Assembly: GCA_038874135.1 (NCBI GenBank)
Contig: JAVZCZ010000001.1
Location: 672,001-736,000 of the forward strand
DNA length: 64,000 nt
DNA from: Candidatus Woesearchaeota archaeon
Lineage (GTDB): Archaea > Nanobdellota > Nanobdellia > Woesearchaeales > 0-14-0-80-44-23
Reading direction: 5' to 3'
This document shows positions 48,546-59,519 of this stretch, one piece after another (position 1 is the first letter of the stretch; each line of letters starts with the position of its first letter). The notes below the pieces were generated by a model. The model worked only from the letters and a program-made list of their open reading frames with translations, made no database searches and was not told the DNA's origin. The position numbers and the translations under genes were made by a program.

Positions 48546-48637
48546 AACCAATAATGATTTAAAAGCGTATATAAAGCTTTCCCAAATATGACCAATAAAG
48601 AGACAAATATTTAAACAAGGGCAAACCACAACTAAGC

Positions 48638-49630
48638 ATGCCAAAAGTGAGTGTAGGAATAATTGTAAAGAATGAATCGCGCTCAATAAAAAAGCTTATA
48701 GAATCACTTCTTAAACAAGACTTCAAAGATTATGAGATAGTAATTGTAGATGGAAACTCAACTGACGGGACTCAGCAAATAATTCAAGACTACAAAAAAA
48801 GGTTCCCTAAAAAAATTAAACTAATAATATCCGATTCGGGAAAGCGTGGCTTGGACAGAAACATAATGTTATCAAAATGCAAAGGAAAATATATTTGTGT
48901 AATAGATGCCGGCGTAACTCCCACAAAAAGCTGGATCTCAGAATTAGTATACCATTTTGAGAAGAACAGGAAGAGACTTCCAAAACTAGCAGGTATGGGA
49001 GGAAAAACAAAATTAATCAGAGACACTTGGCAGAAGAAAACAATTTACGCATTCTTGGAAACACCCATAGGCTCTGGAGGAAGTAAGCAGTTAAATGAAA
49101 ACATAAAAAAATTTACACTTGTAGATTCATTTCCCAACTGCAACGGCATATACCTCTCATCAATAATAAAAAGAACAGGTTACCCTCCTAGACATGGGGC
49201 TGAGGACTTCGGACTGAATAGGCAGCTCATCAAAGAAGGATACCTGCTCGGCATAAATCCCAAGCCAGTAGTAAAACACAACTACATAGAATCCTTTTCA
49301 GACTTCTTAAAAAAAATGATGGATTACGGCGACATGCAAGCCAGAGCATTTCTGCAGAGCAGAACATTTAGATGGTATGTTCCCATAGTTTTCCTATATG
49401 GAATATATCACCTAGTAGCTTTAATACTTCTATTTTTCAAGATGCGTTTGCCAATCCTGCTTTCAATCTATTCACAGCTCCTTTTCTTCCTGTTCTTTGG
49501 AATAATCTATTCAGCAAAAAAGAAAAATTTAATTTACATGTTTTCCTTCATTTTTTATCCATTGCAATACTTCGCATATTTCGTTGGACTTTTACGGGGA
49601 TTATATAAGAGGTATGGTGAAATTAGATGA
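48638..49630 (+). CDS. GT2 glycosyltransferase with C-terminal TM helices
   Basis: VDGNSTDGT, VIDAG, AEDF. Confidence 0.88.
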   Translation: MPKVSVGIIVKNESRSIKKLIESLLKQDFKDYEIVIVDGNSTDGTQQIIQDYKKRFPKKIKLIISDSGKRGLDRNIMLSKCKGKYICVIDAGVTPTKSWISELVYHFEKNRKRLPKLAGMGGKTKLIRDTWQKKTIYAFLETPIGSGGSKQLNENIKKFTLVDSFPNCNGIYLSSIIKRTGYPPRHGAEDFGLNRQLIKEGYLLGINPKPVVKHNYIESFSDFLKKMMDYGDMQARAFLQSRTFRWYVPIVFLYGIYHLVALILLFFKMRLPILLSIYSQLLFFLFFGIIYSAKKKNLIYMFSFIFYPLQYFAYFVGLLRGLYKRYGEIR

Positions 49631-50703
49631 GAATAGCTTATATTGCTCACCCTCTGGCATTTCAGCTTTATGGAGGATCTGAACTGCAATTTGAAAGGTA
49701 CTACCAACTTCTCAAAAAGCATTTTAAAATAAAAATTTTTAACCCGACAAGAGATGATTTATCAACTTTTCAAGTTCTTCATAATTTTACTCTAAACCCA
49801 GATATGTTGCCTGTTTTGGAATATGCTAAAAAATTAGGAATAAAAATTGTAACAAATTCAAACTACTGGAACTTAGAAAAAATTGTTTTGAACAATCCGG
49901 AATTTTCTATTTTTAAAAGAATTGGATATGTACTCTCATCTAAGCTTACTATCTCTGGGAGATTCAATTGGCTGCTAAAATTTTTTAATCCAAAACTTGT
50001 ATATATATATGGACAAAAATTAGTCTTAGATTTGAGTGATACAATAATAGTGAACTCTCAAGCTGAAAAATACCTTTTAGTAAAAGATTTTAAAATTTGT
50101 AAGTCTAAAATATTTGTAATTCCAAACGGAGTAGACCAAAAATTCAGATACGGCAGCGCATCTGCATTTATCAAAAAGTATCGTATTAAAGATTTCGTTT
50201 TATATGTGGGCAGGATAGAGCCAAAAAAGAATGTTCTTTCACTCATTAGAGCTACAAGAAATATAAACACTCCTTTAGTGATTGTGGGGGACTACAACCC
50301 CAACTACCCTAAGTATTGTGCTGCTGTCAAAAAAGAGGCTGAAGCTTCAAATACGGTTATAATACCACGGCTACCGCACGATTCTGAAATGCTTAGAAGT
50401 GCATATAAAGCCTGTAAAGTATTTGCATTAGTTAGCTTCGGAGAAACTCCAGGCCTGAGCGCTTTGGAAGCAGGACTGGCTGGTGCAAATGTTGTAATAA
50501 CTGAAATAGGCTCCACTAGAGAATATTTTTCTGATTTTGCCTATTATGTAAACCCGGAATCTCAAATTGACATTGAGAACAAAATAAAAAAAGCTTATGA
50601 AACTCAGAAAAATAGAGCACTAAGCAAACACATCTACAAAAATTATTTATGGAAAAAAATTTTAACCAAGACTAAATTTGAGGAGGTATACTGTAATGAC
50701 TAA
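49627..50703 (+). CDS. GT4 glycosyltransferase
   Basis: VIPNGVD, VGRIEPKKN, ETPGLSALEA. Confidence 0.92.
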   Translation: MRIAYIAHPLAFQLYGGSELQFERYYQLLKKHFKIKIFNPTRDDLSTFQVLHNFTLNPDMLPVLEYAKKLGIKIVTNSNYWNLEKIVLNNPEFSIFKRIGYVLSSKLTISGRFNWLLKFFNPKLVYIYGQKLVLDLSDTIIVNSQAEKYLLVKDFKICKSKIFVIPNGVDQKFRYGSASAFIKKYRIKDFVLYVGRIEPKKNVLSLIRATRNINTPLVIVGDYNPNYPKYCAAVKKEAEASNTVIIPRLPHDSEMLRSAYKACKVFALVSFGETPGLSALEAGLAGANVVITEIGSTREYFSDFAYYVNPESQIDIENKIKKAYETQKNRALSKHIYKNYLWKKILTKTKFEEVYCND

Positions 50704-51457
50704 GCTTTCTGTCTTTATCATCGCAAAGAATGAGGAAGAAAAAATTGAAAATGCTTTGAAAAGCATTAAAAAAATTGCAGATGAAATAATTTTAATTGAT
50801 GATTTTAGTACTGACAAAACAACTTCTATTGCGAAAAGATATGGAGCAAAAATTTTCAGAAAAAAATTGAAAAGCTTTGCCACTCAAAAAAATTTAGCGA
50901 TAAGCAAGTGCAAAAATGAATGGGTCTTAGAATTGGACTCTGACGAAGTGTTGCCCGAAAAGACAGCTACTGAAATTATTCAAGTATTAAAAAATCCAAA
51001 ATTTGACGGATATTACCTGTATAGAGATGAATTTTTTTTGGGGAAAAAGATTTTTAGTGTTAAAAAACTGAGGCTCTACAAAAAAAGTTTTGCAAAATAT
51101 TTCGGGATAGTGCATGAAGAATTAGAATTTAAAGGAACTGTTGGAATGCTTTCCAATCATTTTATTCATGAACAGTATAAATACGAATCGGTTTCATACT
51201 TTATTCAGAAAAAGATCAATTATTATAGTGATCTTGAAATAAAAAAAATTGAACAAAATAACTTAAAATTAAGCAGAGCTAAAACAATCTGGTTGATGTT
51301 TTATGAGCCAATAAAGTATTTCTTTGGGCTACTCTTTTATAAAGGTGCAGTTCGTGCAGGATTTGTTGGGATTATGTACGCTTATCTTTTCGCTTTTTAT
51401 AGATTTCTGATATACCTGAAATATTACGAGAAATTTTATGTCAACCCAAATCCTTAA
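50696..51457 (+). CDS. GT2 glycosyltransferase (beta-1,4-glucosyltransferase-like)
   Basis: MTKLSVFIIAKNEE, IDDFSTD, LDSDE, VHE. Confidence 0.9.
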   Translation: MTKLSVFIIAKNEEEKIENALKSIKKIADEIILIDDFSTDKTTSIAKRYGAKIFRKKLKSFATQKNLAISKCKNEWVLELDSDEVLPEKTATEIIQVLKNPKFDGYYLYRDEFFLGKKIFSVKKLRLYKKSFAKYFGIVHEELEFKGTVGMLSNHFIHEQYKYESVSYFIQKKINYYSDLEIKKIEQNNLKLSRAKTIWLMFYEPIKYFFGLLFYKGAVRAGFVGIMYAYLFAFYRFLIYLKYYEKFYVNPNP

Positions 51458-52383
51458 TAAAAAATGTAATCTGGTTCGTCTCTTTTTTCTAACACATACT
51501 TGTAGTCTTCTCTGATTTTTAATATTTGTTTAGGAATTAGTCTAACATGATCTTTTTGATGATATGCCGATACGGATATGACTGGTTTAAATTTTCTAAT
51601 TGTTTGCTTTGCACCATCTATTACTTTCAATTCATAACCTTCCACATCAATTTTTATGAAATTTACTTTATGTATTTTTTCATCTTTAACGAATTTATCT
51701 AATGGAATAATCTCTATATTTGCAAAACCCGCTACGCTGCCTACACTCATATCTGAATCTTCTACCGCACTGATTGCATAGTTAAGTATTGCTCTGTTAA
51801 TTTTTTTATTCTTTATTTGTTCTCCAAGACCTTTATTTATGCAAATTACATTCCTTATACCTAATGCACTGATGTTATGTTCTAGACACTTAAAGATTTT
51901 TGGATCTGGTTCAAAGGCATAAATCTTATTTCTCGTCAAAAGTGAGGCCAATATGGAGAAGATTCCAACATTCGCTCCAGCATCAATTACTACATCTTTG
52001 CTCCGTATAAATTCTTTTGCATTATACTGGTCTGAAACCAGAATCTGTTCAGTTAAGGAAAGAGTAGTTAATATATCTGCAGGAGAATATGAAGGAAGTT
52101 TAAATTTATACTCCTTCAATATATTTTTTATGTTCTCAAGCTCCTCTATTGAGATAATCTTCTCAAAATAAGAAGAATATGCCTTTTTCAGGCGTCTCAC
52201 TTTAGCATTTCTTTTCTTTTCATTTAAAAATTTATTAGTTATTCTTGATGGCAGAACAGTTAAAATTTTATCTATCGCACTAACACTGGGCAGGTTTAAT
52301 ATTTCCTTAATCACTTTAAACCTGTATTCTAACATAGTATGTTTTCTGTGTTTATTTCTATACTCACAACTTACATCAGCCAT
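51454..52383 (-). CDS. FkbM-family methyltransferase
   Basis: IDAGANVG, AFEP, KIDVEGYE, SAYH. Start uncertain (52383 or 52443). Confidence 0.88.
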   Translation of the reverse strand: MADVSCEYRNKHRKHTMLEYRFKVIKEILNLPSVSAIDKILTVLPSRITNKFLNEKKRNAKVRRLKKAYSSYFEKIISIEELENIKNILKEYKFKLPSYSPADILTTLSLTEQILVSDQYNAKEFIRSKDVVIDAGANVGIFSILASLLTRNKIYAFEPDPKIFKCLEHNISALGIRNVICINKGLGEQIKNKKINRAILNYAISAVEDSDMSVGSVAGFANIEIIPLDKFVKDEKIHKVNFIKIDVEGYELKVIDGAKQTIRKFKPVISVSAYHQKDHVRLIPKQILKIREDYKYVLEKRDEPDYIFY

Positions 52384-52405
52384 CTCTTCAATAAATTTTT
52401 TTACT

Positions 52406-53590
52406 CTACTTTCTTCCAAATTCTTCACCAAACATTCTTTCATACCTCTTTGCAATTGCATCCCAAGAAAATCTTTTCGCAGCTTGCCTGGGTTTATACT
52501 CTTTCTTGTGCAAATAGACATAATTAATATCTTTTGCAAGTTCTTCTTCATCTCTCATTTTTGAGTAAAACCCTCCATTTTTTATCATCCAACGCCTATC
52601 CTCTTCATCCCTGGAAATTACAGGTATGCCACAAGCCATTGCTTCTATAAAAACATTTCCAAATGGTTCATTCTTGCTGCATAGTACAAATAAATCCCCA
52701 CTTCTATAAACTCTTGGGAGTAAATTAAAATTAACAACTCCTAAATAGACAAACCTTTTTCCAAGAAGTTTTTTACCCAGCCGGATTATTGCATTTTTCT
52801 GTGAGCCATTCCCTGTTACTATCATACTTCCACTCCTTAGCTTAGCAACTGCCTTTATAAGAAAATCTACCTCTTTATTTGGTTCAATTGCAGCGGTTGA
52901 TATGATAACAGGATGTTCCAATTCAACTTTTTTCATTTTTGATATTTTCTTAATATCTCTTACATCTAATTTTGAAGCTCTTGGATTGAAAAGCTCTAAA
53001 TCAGCACCATTTGGGATAAGCACAGAATTAGTGCGAGGTGCATATCGCATGATAAAATTTAGTTGGGAAGGTGTTTGACAAACATAAATGTCAGGCCGTT
53101 TTAGAGCAACTTGTAATTCCTGCCAACAAATTCCTGATGCATTGACCGCAACACTCTTAAAATTCAATTTTTCCTTCTTTTTTATATTGTTTAAAAGCTC
53201 CTGAATACCAGGACCAGCCTGATGCACAATTATATCAGGAATGAACTTTTTTATTTCAGCTTCAACCTTTCTTTCAAATTTATAATCCATGTTTGTATAA
53301 ACCAATTTTCTCATGAAAGGAATCAATTTAAAGATGAAATAAAGCTTGTGATTTTTAAGCCAGGAACTAAATGTTTTGAGGTAAGAATGTCTTTCAACAG
53401 TTGCCGAATTTCTTAGATTTTTATCTAGGATTACCTCATTTTTAGATAGAGAAACTATTCTACAAAAATGTTTTTTAGACCATCTTTTTGTCATCTCCTG
53501 TATGAATATCTCCGCACCTCTAAATACAACTCCATAATACTTTCCCAATACTAGAATTTTTAGATTCTTTTTTAGTCCCATTATAAACAC
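52406..53590 (-). CDS. GT4 glycosyltransferase
   Basis: GAEIF, IPNGAD, EPFGNVFIEAMACG, FSWD. Confidence 0.92.
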   Translation of the reverse strand: MFIMGLKKNLKILVLGKYYGVVFRGAEIFIQEMTKRWSKKHFCRIVSLSKNEVILDKNLRNSATVERHSYLKTFSSWLKNHKLYFIFKLIPFMRKLVYTNMDYKFERKVEAEIKKFIPDIIVHQAGPGIQELLNNIKKKEKLNFKSVAVNASGICWQELQVALKRPDIYVCQTPSQLNFIMRYAPRTNSVLIPNGADLELFNPRASKLDVRDIKKISKMKKVELEHPVIISTAAIEPNKEVDFLIKAVAKLRSGSMIVTGNGSQKNAIIRLGKKLLGKRFVYLGVVNFNLLPRVYRSGDLFVLCSKNEPFGNVFIEAMACGIPVISRDEEDRRWMIKNGGFYSKMRDEEELAKDINYVYLHKKEYKPRQAAKRFSWDAIAKRYERMFGEEFGRK

Positions 53591-53665
53591 TCTAAATTTA
53601 CTTCTCTTGATATTCTATAAACAATTTTATTAATAAAATTTATTCTGGCATTTATGACGAATTTT

Positions 53666-54622
53666 CTATTTGTACACCTTAATTAAATCTTGATGTTCAG
53701 TCAGATACCTTACAGTTCTTCTTATTCCCTCTTCTATTGAAACTTCAGGTTTCCATCCAGCCTTTCTAAGTTTTGAGATGTCTAAGTGCACGAAAGGGCT
53801 GTCTCCGGGCCATCCACGCTTTCCTCCAGTGTATCTTCTCTTGACCTTCTTTAGTCCCATTTCTGATATTACAATGTCAGCTACCTTATTCACTGTTAGG
53901 TATTCTTCATGGCCAACATTTAATATGTTCACTTTTTCTTTGAAACTCTCTATGCCTTTGAATATGCCTTCCACTCCGTCCTTTATATATAAGAAGGATT
54001 TTTTCTGGCTTCCGTCTCCGAGTATTTGCAGCTCTTTCTGATTTTTTTTCAGTTTCTTTACAAAGTCAAAGATTACGCCGTGCGTGTATCGCTCTCCAAT
54101 CCACGAAGTAAACCTGAAAATCCAGGCTTGCATGTTGTAATAATTGCAATACGCTTCAATCATTGCTTCCCCTGCAAGTTTTGAGGCGCCGTATAGGGAT
54201 GTTTGTATTAATTCTGCATTTTCAGGTGTTGGAAACACTTTAGGCTCTCCATATACGGCAGCAGAGCTTGAAAATGCTATTTTCTTTATCCCATTTATCC
54301 GCATTGCTTCCAGAACATTCCAGGTGCCTATCGTGTTAATGTCTAAGTCCACTTTTGTGTTGTTTATTCCCCCCTTTACATCAGCATTTGCAGCCAGGTG
54401 AAAAATAAAGTCTGAACCTTTCATTGCTTTTGTAAGCGTATTAAGGTTTAGAATATCCCCCCTGATCAGTTTAAAATTTGGATTTTTTATATTCTCCTTT
54501 ATAAACTCAATATTTCCAGTCCTGAAATTGTCATAAACTACAACTTGTGCTCTCTTGCTGAGAAGTTTATCAACTATGTGACTGCCTATAAATCCGGCGC
54601 CTCCTGTTACAAAATATTTCAT
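53666..54622 (-). CDS. NAD-dependent epimerase/dehydratase
   Basis: MKYFVTGGAGFIGSH, YGASK, HGVIFDF, GWPGD. Confidence 0.92.
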   Translation of the reverse strand: MKYFVTGGAGFIGSHIVDKLLSKRAQVVVYDNFRTGNIEFIKENIKNPNFKLIRGDILNLNTLTKAMKGSDFIFHLAANADVKGGINNTKVDLDINTIGTWNVLEAMRINGIKKIAFSSSAAVYGEPKVFPTPENAELIQTSLYGASKLAGEAMIEAYCNYYNMQAWIFRFTSWIGERYTHGVIFDFVKKLKKNQKELQILGDGSQKKSFLYIKDGVEGIFKGIESFKEKVNILNVGHEEYLTVNKVADIVISEMGLKKVKRRYTGGKRGWPGDSPFVHLDISKLRKAGWKPEVSIEEGIRRTVRYLTEHQDLIKVYK

Positions 54623-54623
54623 C

Positions 54624-57140
54624 TTAAGCTTCCTCATCCTTTTTATAAGTGCTTAGCATTATAAACATTCCAATTAGTGAAACCAGCGAGGTAGCATAGA
54701 CTATTTTCTCCCATAGTGGGAAATAATATTCCAGCTTTATAAGGCTTGTCTTGTTTTCTACTTTTACTATCATGGTTGCCAGATTGGATTTTAAAATTTT
54801 AAGTTCTTTTCCAGATTCATCAAAGGCGTGCCATCTTGGAAAGTATGATTCAGCAACATAGACCCACTCATTGGTTATATTCCCGTATATGGTTATGCTG
54901 GTGTCTGAATTCCGGATATATTTTAGCGAGGTGTTGTTTTTTATAAAAAACAAATCATAATTTGTTCCATTCGTATACGCCCACACATACCTGTTCCCAT
55001 CCGCTTTATTATAAACCTCTTTTTCTAATTTTGAGATTGGAATGCATCCATTATTGGAGCCTCTGAGGCATTCTTTTTCAGAATTGTCAATAAAAGAGCC
55101 TTCAAAGTTTAATTCATAAGCAGGCTGGACCCCGTTTAATTGAAGTATTAAAAAACAATTATTGTTACTAACATAAATCTGGCTGTAGCTTTCATCAGTT
55201 CTGTTTGCGAGGTAGGTGTTTTCAAAAAGGTTGTAGATTATCTGCCTTACTGCCGGATTGCAGAGATTCATAAGTACATATTTTACATTGCTTAGCATAA
55301 ACAGATTAGTGATATAATTCCTAGAATTTGGCAGGATTGTATATCCGTCATCATAGCGGAGTCTATACTGCAGATAAGCTTCCTGCGCTCCTGAAAAGCC
55401 AATTCCTATTGCGGGATGATTTGTGGCGTCATAAAAAATCCCATCTACGCTGAGCCCGAAAATTCCAAATGTGAAAAAATTGCCGGCGGGAAGCATCTTA
55501 ATATATCTGAAGGTGTCATTAAAAATGCTTTCAGAATGAATCGTCTCAGTAACAGTATTGGCAAATCTTTTATGCAGTCTGTAAGCGAATATGGAACTAA
55601 AAATCAAGATTAAAATTAAACACACTGCATAAGCCACTCTGTAAGATTTTTTATCATAAAACACGCTTTCAATTGCTAAAAAGAGCAAGAATGAGAAGGC
55701 AAAAGAGAGCACAATCTCTGCTTTATGGAACTCAATGTACTTTAAATTGTTCAATATGGGAAACTTGGTTGAATCTAAAGAGTAGACCACAAGCAACAAA
55801 AATGGGACAAGCCATACTAAATTATAATGAAGCTTTCCCTTTTTGGTTATAAGGAAATATAACAGAATAAGCATTAATAAAATTGACAAGCCCATAAATG
55901 CAAGGTTCTCCCTGACATACTCCGGAAAATTGATACTCATACTTGCGCCCAAGTTTTGAGTAACCCTATAAGAATAATGAAAGAACGGAACTATCCAAAA
56001 CATAAAAACCATTGAGATTAGGCACAACACACTCCAAAATTTCCAGCTGACAAAATGCTTCTTTTCTAATGAAAGAAGAGCAGAGATCATAACACCCATA
56101 ATGATATACAAAGCCACAGGGTGGAATAGAACAGCAATCCCTCCTAAGAGAAACAGCATAAAAAAGTATAGAACATTCTTCTTATTAACTAACATCACGA
56201 GAAAATATAAAGATAAGCTTCCAATACACAAGGCAGCAAACCCCTTCATGTTACCTGATGCCCCAACAGCAGCGCCGATTGTTGGAAAGCTGAAAAAAAG
56301 AAAAGTAATCATAAGTGATAACAGATTATTTGAGCTGATTCGCTTAAACGTCAAAAATAAGAAAACTGCCGAGACTATTATTAAGAAAATAAAAGCCTGA
56401 TTATAAATGAACAAAGCATTTCTGCCGAGAATAAATGCGGAAATGCCCGAAAACCAGAAGTAAGCAGGCGCATCAAGCGTATATCTCGCCTGGCCTAAAG
56501 TATTCTTTACTTCCCAAATGGGAAAATTTTTCTGTTCAGAGAGCACCCTCTCAACATACCTTGCCGCAGAGTAATATTCCACTGCAGTAGTCTGCGGAAG
56601 GGCTTTTTCATTAAAGAAGGGCGAATAAACTAATAGAATAAATGTGATTACAACAATTATTAAAGATAGTTTTTTATAATCAGGTTGGGAGTTAAATAGT
56701 TCTTCAAAATCATCTCTTACTTTCTTATTTAATAGTGCCATAAGTGGTGAAGAGAAAATGAGGATCATCAACATTCTGCTGATATGAATACCAAGATAGG
56801 ATAATAAAACTGAGAACAAGATTAGAGATAGAGAGAGTACTAATCCAATAGCAATTCTTGTTTCAGTATCAATTTTTTTTAGGAATAAAAAACTAATTAA
56901 GAATCCTGGAAGAATCCAGACAACTGACAATAAGAACATTTTCGGCAGGACCAAATAGGAATTGACAAGCAGAAGCATAAAAACAATACGCTTACGATTC
57001 GTAAGAGCAAAACCGGCTGTGATTAGCATAACGGCTGTAAAAATAAGATATGTCAAAATTTTAGCACCTGATACTTTGAGAGCAATAAAACTAAATAAGC
57101 TGAATATTAAATAAAAAATAAATGCATAAGATATCTTCAT
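54624..57140 (-). CDS. Large polytopic GT-C/YfhO-like membrane protein
   Basis: Many TM helices and a C-terminal AESYFPRWHA motif; start MKISY overlaps the upstream stop. Confidence 0.7.
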   Translation of the reverse strand: MKISYAFIFYLIFSLFSFIALKVSGAKILTYLIFTAVMLITAGFALTNRKRIVFMLLLVNSYLVLPKMFLLSVVWILPGFLISFLFLKKIDTETRIAIGLVLSLSLILFSVLLSYLGIHISRMLMILIFSSPLMALLNKKVRDDFEELFNSQPDYKKLSLIIVVITFILLVYSPFFNEKALPQTTAVEYYSAARYVERVLSEQKNFPIWEVKNTLGQARYTLDAPAYFWFSGISAFILGRNALFIYNQAFIFLIIVSAVFLFLTFKRISSNNLLSLMITFLFFSFPTIGAAVGASGNMKGFAALCIGSLSLYFLVMLVNKKNVLYFFMLFLLGGIAVLFHPVALYIIMGVMISALLSLEKKHFVSWKFWSVLCLISMVFMFWIVPFFHYSYRVTQNLGASMSINFPEYVRENLAFMGLSILLMLILLYFLITKKGKLHYNLVWLVPFLLLVVYSLDSTKFPILNNLKYIEFHKAEIVLSFAFSFLLFLAIESVFYDKKSYRVAYAVCLILILIFSSIFAYRLHKRFANTVTETIHSESIFNDTFRYIKMLPAGNFFTFGIFGLSVDGIFYDATNHPAIGIGFSGAQEAYLQYRLRYDDGYTILPNSRNYITNLFMLSNVKYVLMNLCNPAVRQIIYNLFENTYLANRTDESYSQIYVSNNNCFLILQLNGVQPAYELNFEGSFIDNSEKECLRGSNNGCIPISKLEKEVYNKADGNRYVWAYTNGTNYDLFFIKNNTSLKYIRNSDTSITIYGNITNEWVYVAESYFPRWHAFDESGKELKILKSNLATMIVKVENKTSLIKLEYYFPLWEKIVYATSLVSLIGMFIMLSTYKKDEEA

Positions 57141-57970
57141 GTTGAAGCCCTCTTTTTCTTTGCAATTACCATGTAGGATATGCAGCGCCCGTCCCATGCA
57201 AACAGGGTTTCATCAATAAAGATGATTAAATTATAGATTGCCTTCAAAAAATTCGGAAAATTATAATCAGTATAATCTCTTATTTCAACTACACTTTCCC
57301 TATTGTTGCCTTTGTTTTTATAATTCATTTTGATGAATCTAGCAAAAATTGAAGGCACATAATTCTCAATAAGCCCAATTAGACTATGTGACAAATATTT
57401 TTCTTCTATTATGTCAAAATGTTTAGTTATTAAAGCTCTTATTTTTTTGATTGAATATAGCTTTTTATGTCCAAACCCGTATGCGCCAATAGGTATTGTT
57501 TTCTTTCTAAGCATTTGAAGAACTGCATTTATTGGGTCATATGTGAATGGAAACTCTTTCACCGGCAAAGTTATTATTACTTGACCATTCTCTGCTAGCA
57601 CTCTGGCTAATTCGCTTAGGGCTTTTTGAGTTTCTCTGACATGTTCTAATGTTTCAATACAAATTACAGTATCAAAAAAATTTTTTTTAAAAGGAATTTT
57701 TCTAATGTCACCCTTAAGGAAATGTATGTTTGTGTTTTTTTGATTAAGTCTTGAAGCCAAGCTTATTTCCGATATGCTTATGTCAACTCCGTACGATTCT
57801 TCAAAAAAATCTCTCAGATAATAGTTATAATCTCCAAAACCGCAAGCTATGTTCAAGAGCCTTTTACCTTTTTTGATATGCTTATGCACATTCTTTAATC
57901 TATTAAAATAAGTTAAAGTCATTCGCGTATTCATCCAATACCTCCTATAACAGCTAGGACATTTTTTCAA
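57137..57970 (-). CDS. Class I SAM-dependent methyltransferase
   Basis: LNIACGFG, GVDIS, FDTVICIETLEHV. Confidence 0.9.
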   Translation of the reverse strand: MKKCPSCYRRYWMNTRMTLTYFNRLKNVHKHIKKGKRLLNIACGFGDYNYYLRDFFEESYGVDISISEISLASRLNQKNTNIHFLKGDIRKIPFKKNFFDTVICIETLEHVRETQKALSELARVLAENGQVIITLPVKEFPFTYDPINAVLQMLRKKTIPIGAYGFGHKKLYSIKKIRALITKHFDIIEEKYLSHSLIGLIENYVPSIFARFIKMNYKNKGNNRESVVEIRDYTDYNFPNFLKAIYNLIIFIDETLFAWDGRCISYMVIAKKKRAST

Positions 57971-58797
57971 ACTATCCTTTTTGCAATTACTAAAATATTA
58001 ATTTTTAAATGGCTTAATAAAAAATTTGTTGCCGATTCTAATTTTAAAAAACAAATCAGTTTTAATAATTTTTTAATTTGCTTCTTTTTGGAAGTTGTGC
58101 TGTATAGTAACGCGCGCACCGACCTTTTTCTGCTAATATTTTTCATGTAAAGAACTTGAAATCCGTTCTTTTCTAGAATCTTCTTTAAAACTTCTTTTTT
58201 AAAGTAGTATAGATGTTCGTCTGGTTTGATCTGAGTTGCTCTCACAATTGATTTGTCAAAGTCCGGAGTTGAAATTATTGGTAAACCGTTCTTCTTTAGA
58301 AGATTTTTTACTTCATTGATAAATTTGATGGGATCGCTAAGGTGCTCAATCAATTCATGTGCTGTGACGATGTCAAAGTTTTTATGGTTAGAATTAACGA
58401 TAAATCCTTTATGCCTACTTGTTTTTATTGAATTTTTATTTATTTCCCTTCCCTCTACTTCAAAGCCGTGTTCCCTCGCTACTTCCATAAAAGTTCCATT
58501 GCTGCACCCGTAATCTAGAATCTTAATCTTCCCATTCTTCTTCGGTATATGCTTAGTTATGATTTTTAGTTCTGAATCAAAGCTGATTTTATCTAAAGGC
58601 TCACTTAGTTTGTAGTATTCAAAATTTTTTGTTTTATCTATTGAGTACATTCTTCTTAGTTTAAAATGGTTTGGAAATGGATCTAGGAATATAATCCCGC
58701 AGTCATTGCATTTCATTAGTCTAAATTCTCTTTCTTTTTTTATTATCTTAAGATTTTCTGATTTGCACAATCTACATTTATTGTTTGTCTTTTTCAT
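57967..58797 (-). CDS. Zn-ribbon + class I SAM-dependent methyltransferase
   Basis: CRLC...CNDC, LDYGCSNG, ELIEHL, EHLYYF. Confidence 0.88.
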   Translation of the reverse strand: MKKTNNKCRLCKSENLKIIKKEREFRLMKCNDCGIIFLDPFPNHFKLRRMYSIDKTKNFEYYKLSEPLDKISFDSELKIITKHIPKKNGKIKILDYGCSNGTFMEVAREHGFEVEGREINKNSIKTSRHKGFIVNSNHKNFDIVTAHELIEHLSDPIKFINEVKNLLKKNGLPIISTPDFDKSIVRATQIKPDEHLYYFKKEVLKKILEKNGFQVLYMKNISRKRSVRALLYSTTSKKKQIKKLLKLICFLKLESATNFLLSHLKINILVIAKRIV

Positions 58798-59509
58798 AAA
58801 CTCCCTTTGCATCATTAATTTTTATTTTGATCAGGTCTCTTTTAAATCTTAGAATCACTTCAAATGTTCTGAAATTGCTCATGTCTGAATCAATCCAGGT
58901 TACGGGAACCTCTTTTATCCTGAAACCCATCTTTTGAGCAAGGTATAGTATCTCAACGTCAAAGGCGTCTGATTTGATCCTTTGCTTTTCAAATAGAACT
59001 CTGCACTTTCTCTTAAACATCTTGAATCCGCATTGAGTATCTTTAAACTTAATTCCTAGCAGAATCCTTTTCAAAATTGAGAATATCCTGCTTAAAAGTA
59101 TCTTAAACGGCTTTTTTTGAACTTTTGAATCTTTGAGGCCTCTTGAAGCAATTAGTATGTCATACTTCGGGATTAATTCTAAAAATTTATTTATTTCGTA
59201 TAGGGGCGTGCTTAGATCCGCGTCGTAAAACATCATTAACTCGTATTTTGCTCTGAGCATACCAATCTTTACAGAGCCACCCTTCTCTTCTCTCTTTTTA
59301 TTTACAATTAACTTTATTCTCTTTTCTCTTGCTGCATGTTTCCTAATAATATCTATAGTTTTATCTCCTGACTTGTCTGCTACAAATATTATTTCAAATT
59401 TGTTAATCTTTTTACAGTTATTCAAGAAAAAGAGCGACTCTTTAATGCACCTTTCAATCCTGTTTTCTTCGCGAAATACTGGAATTATTATTGAGAGGTT
59501 CCATTTCAT
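58778..59509 (-). CDS. Dolichyl-phosphate glycosyltransferase (ALG5/DPM-like GT2)
   Basis: DADLSTP, DTQCGFKMF, FDVEIL, EVPVTW. Confidence 0.9.
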   Translation of the reverse strand: MKWNLSIIIPVFREENRIERCIKESLFFLNNCKKINKFEIIFVADKSGDKTIDIIRKHAAREKRIKLIVNKKREEKGGSVKIGMLRAKYELMMFYDADLSTPLYEINKFLELIPKYDILIASRGLKDSKVQKKPFKILLSRIFSILKRILLGIKFKDTQCGFKMFKRKCRVLFEKQRIKSDAFDVEILYLAQKMGFRIKEVPVTWIDSDMSNFRTFEVILRFKRDLIKIKINDAKGVYEKDKQ

Positions 59510-59519
59510 CTTTTTTTAG

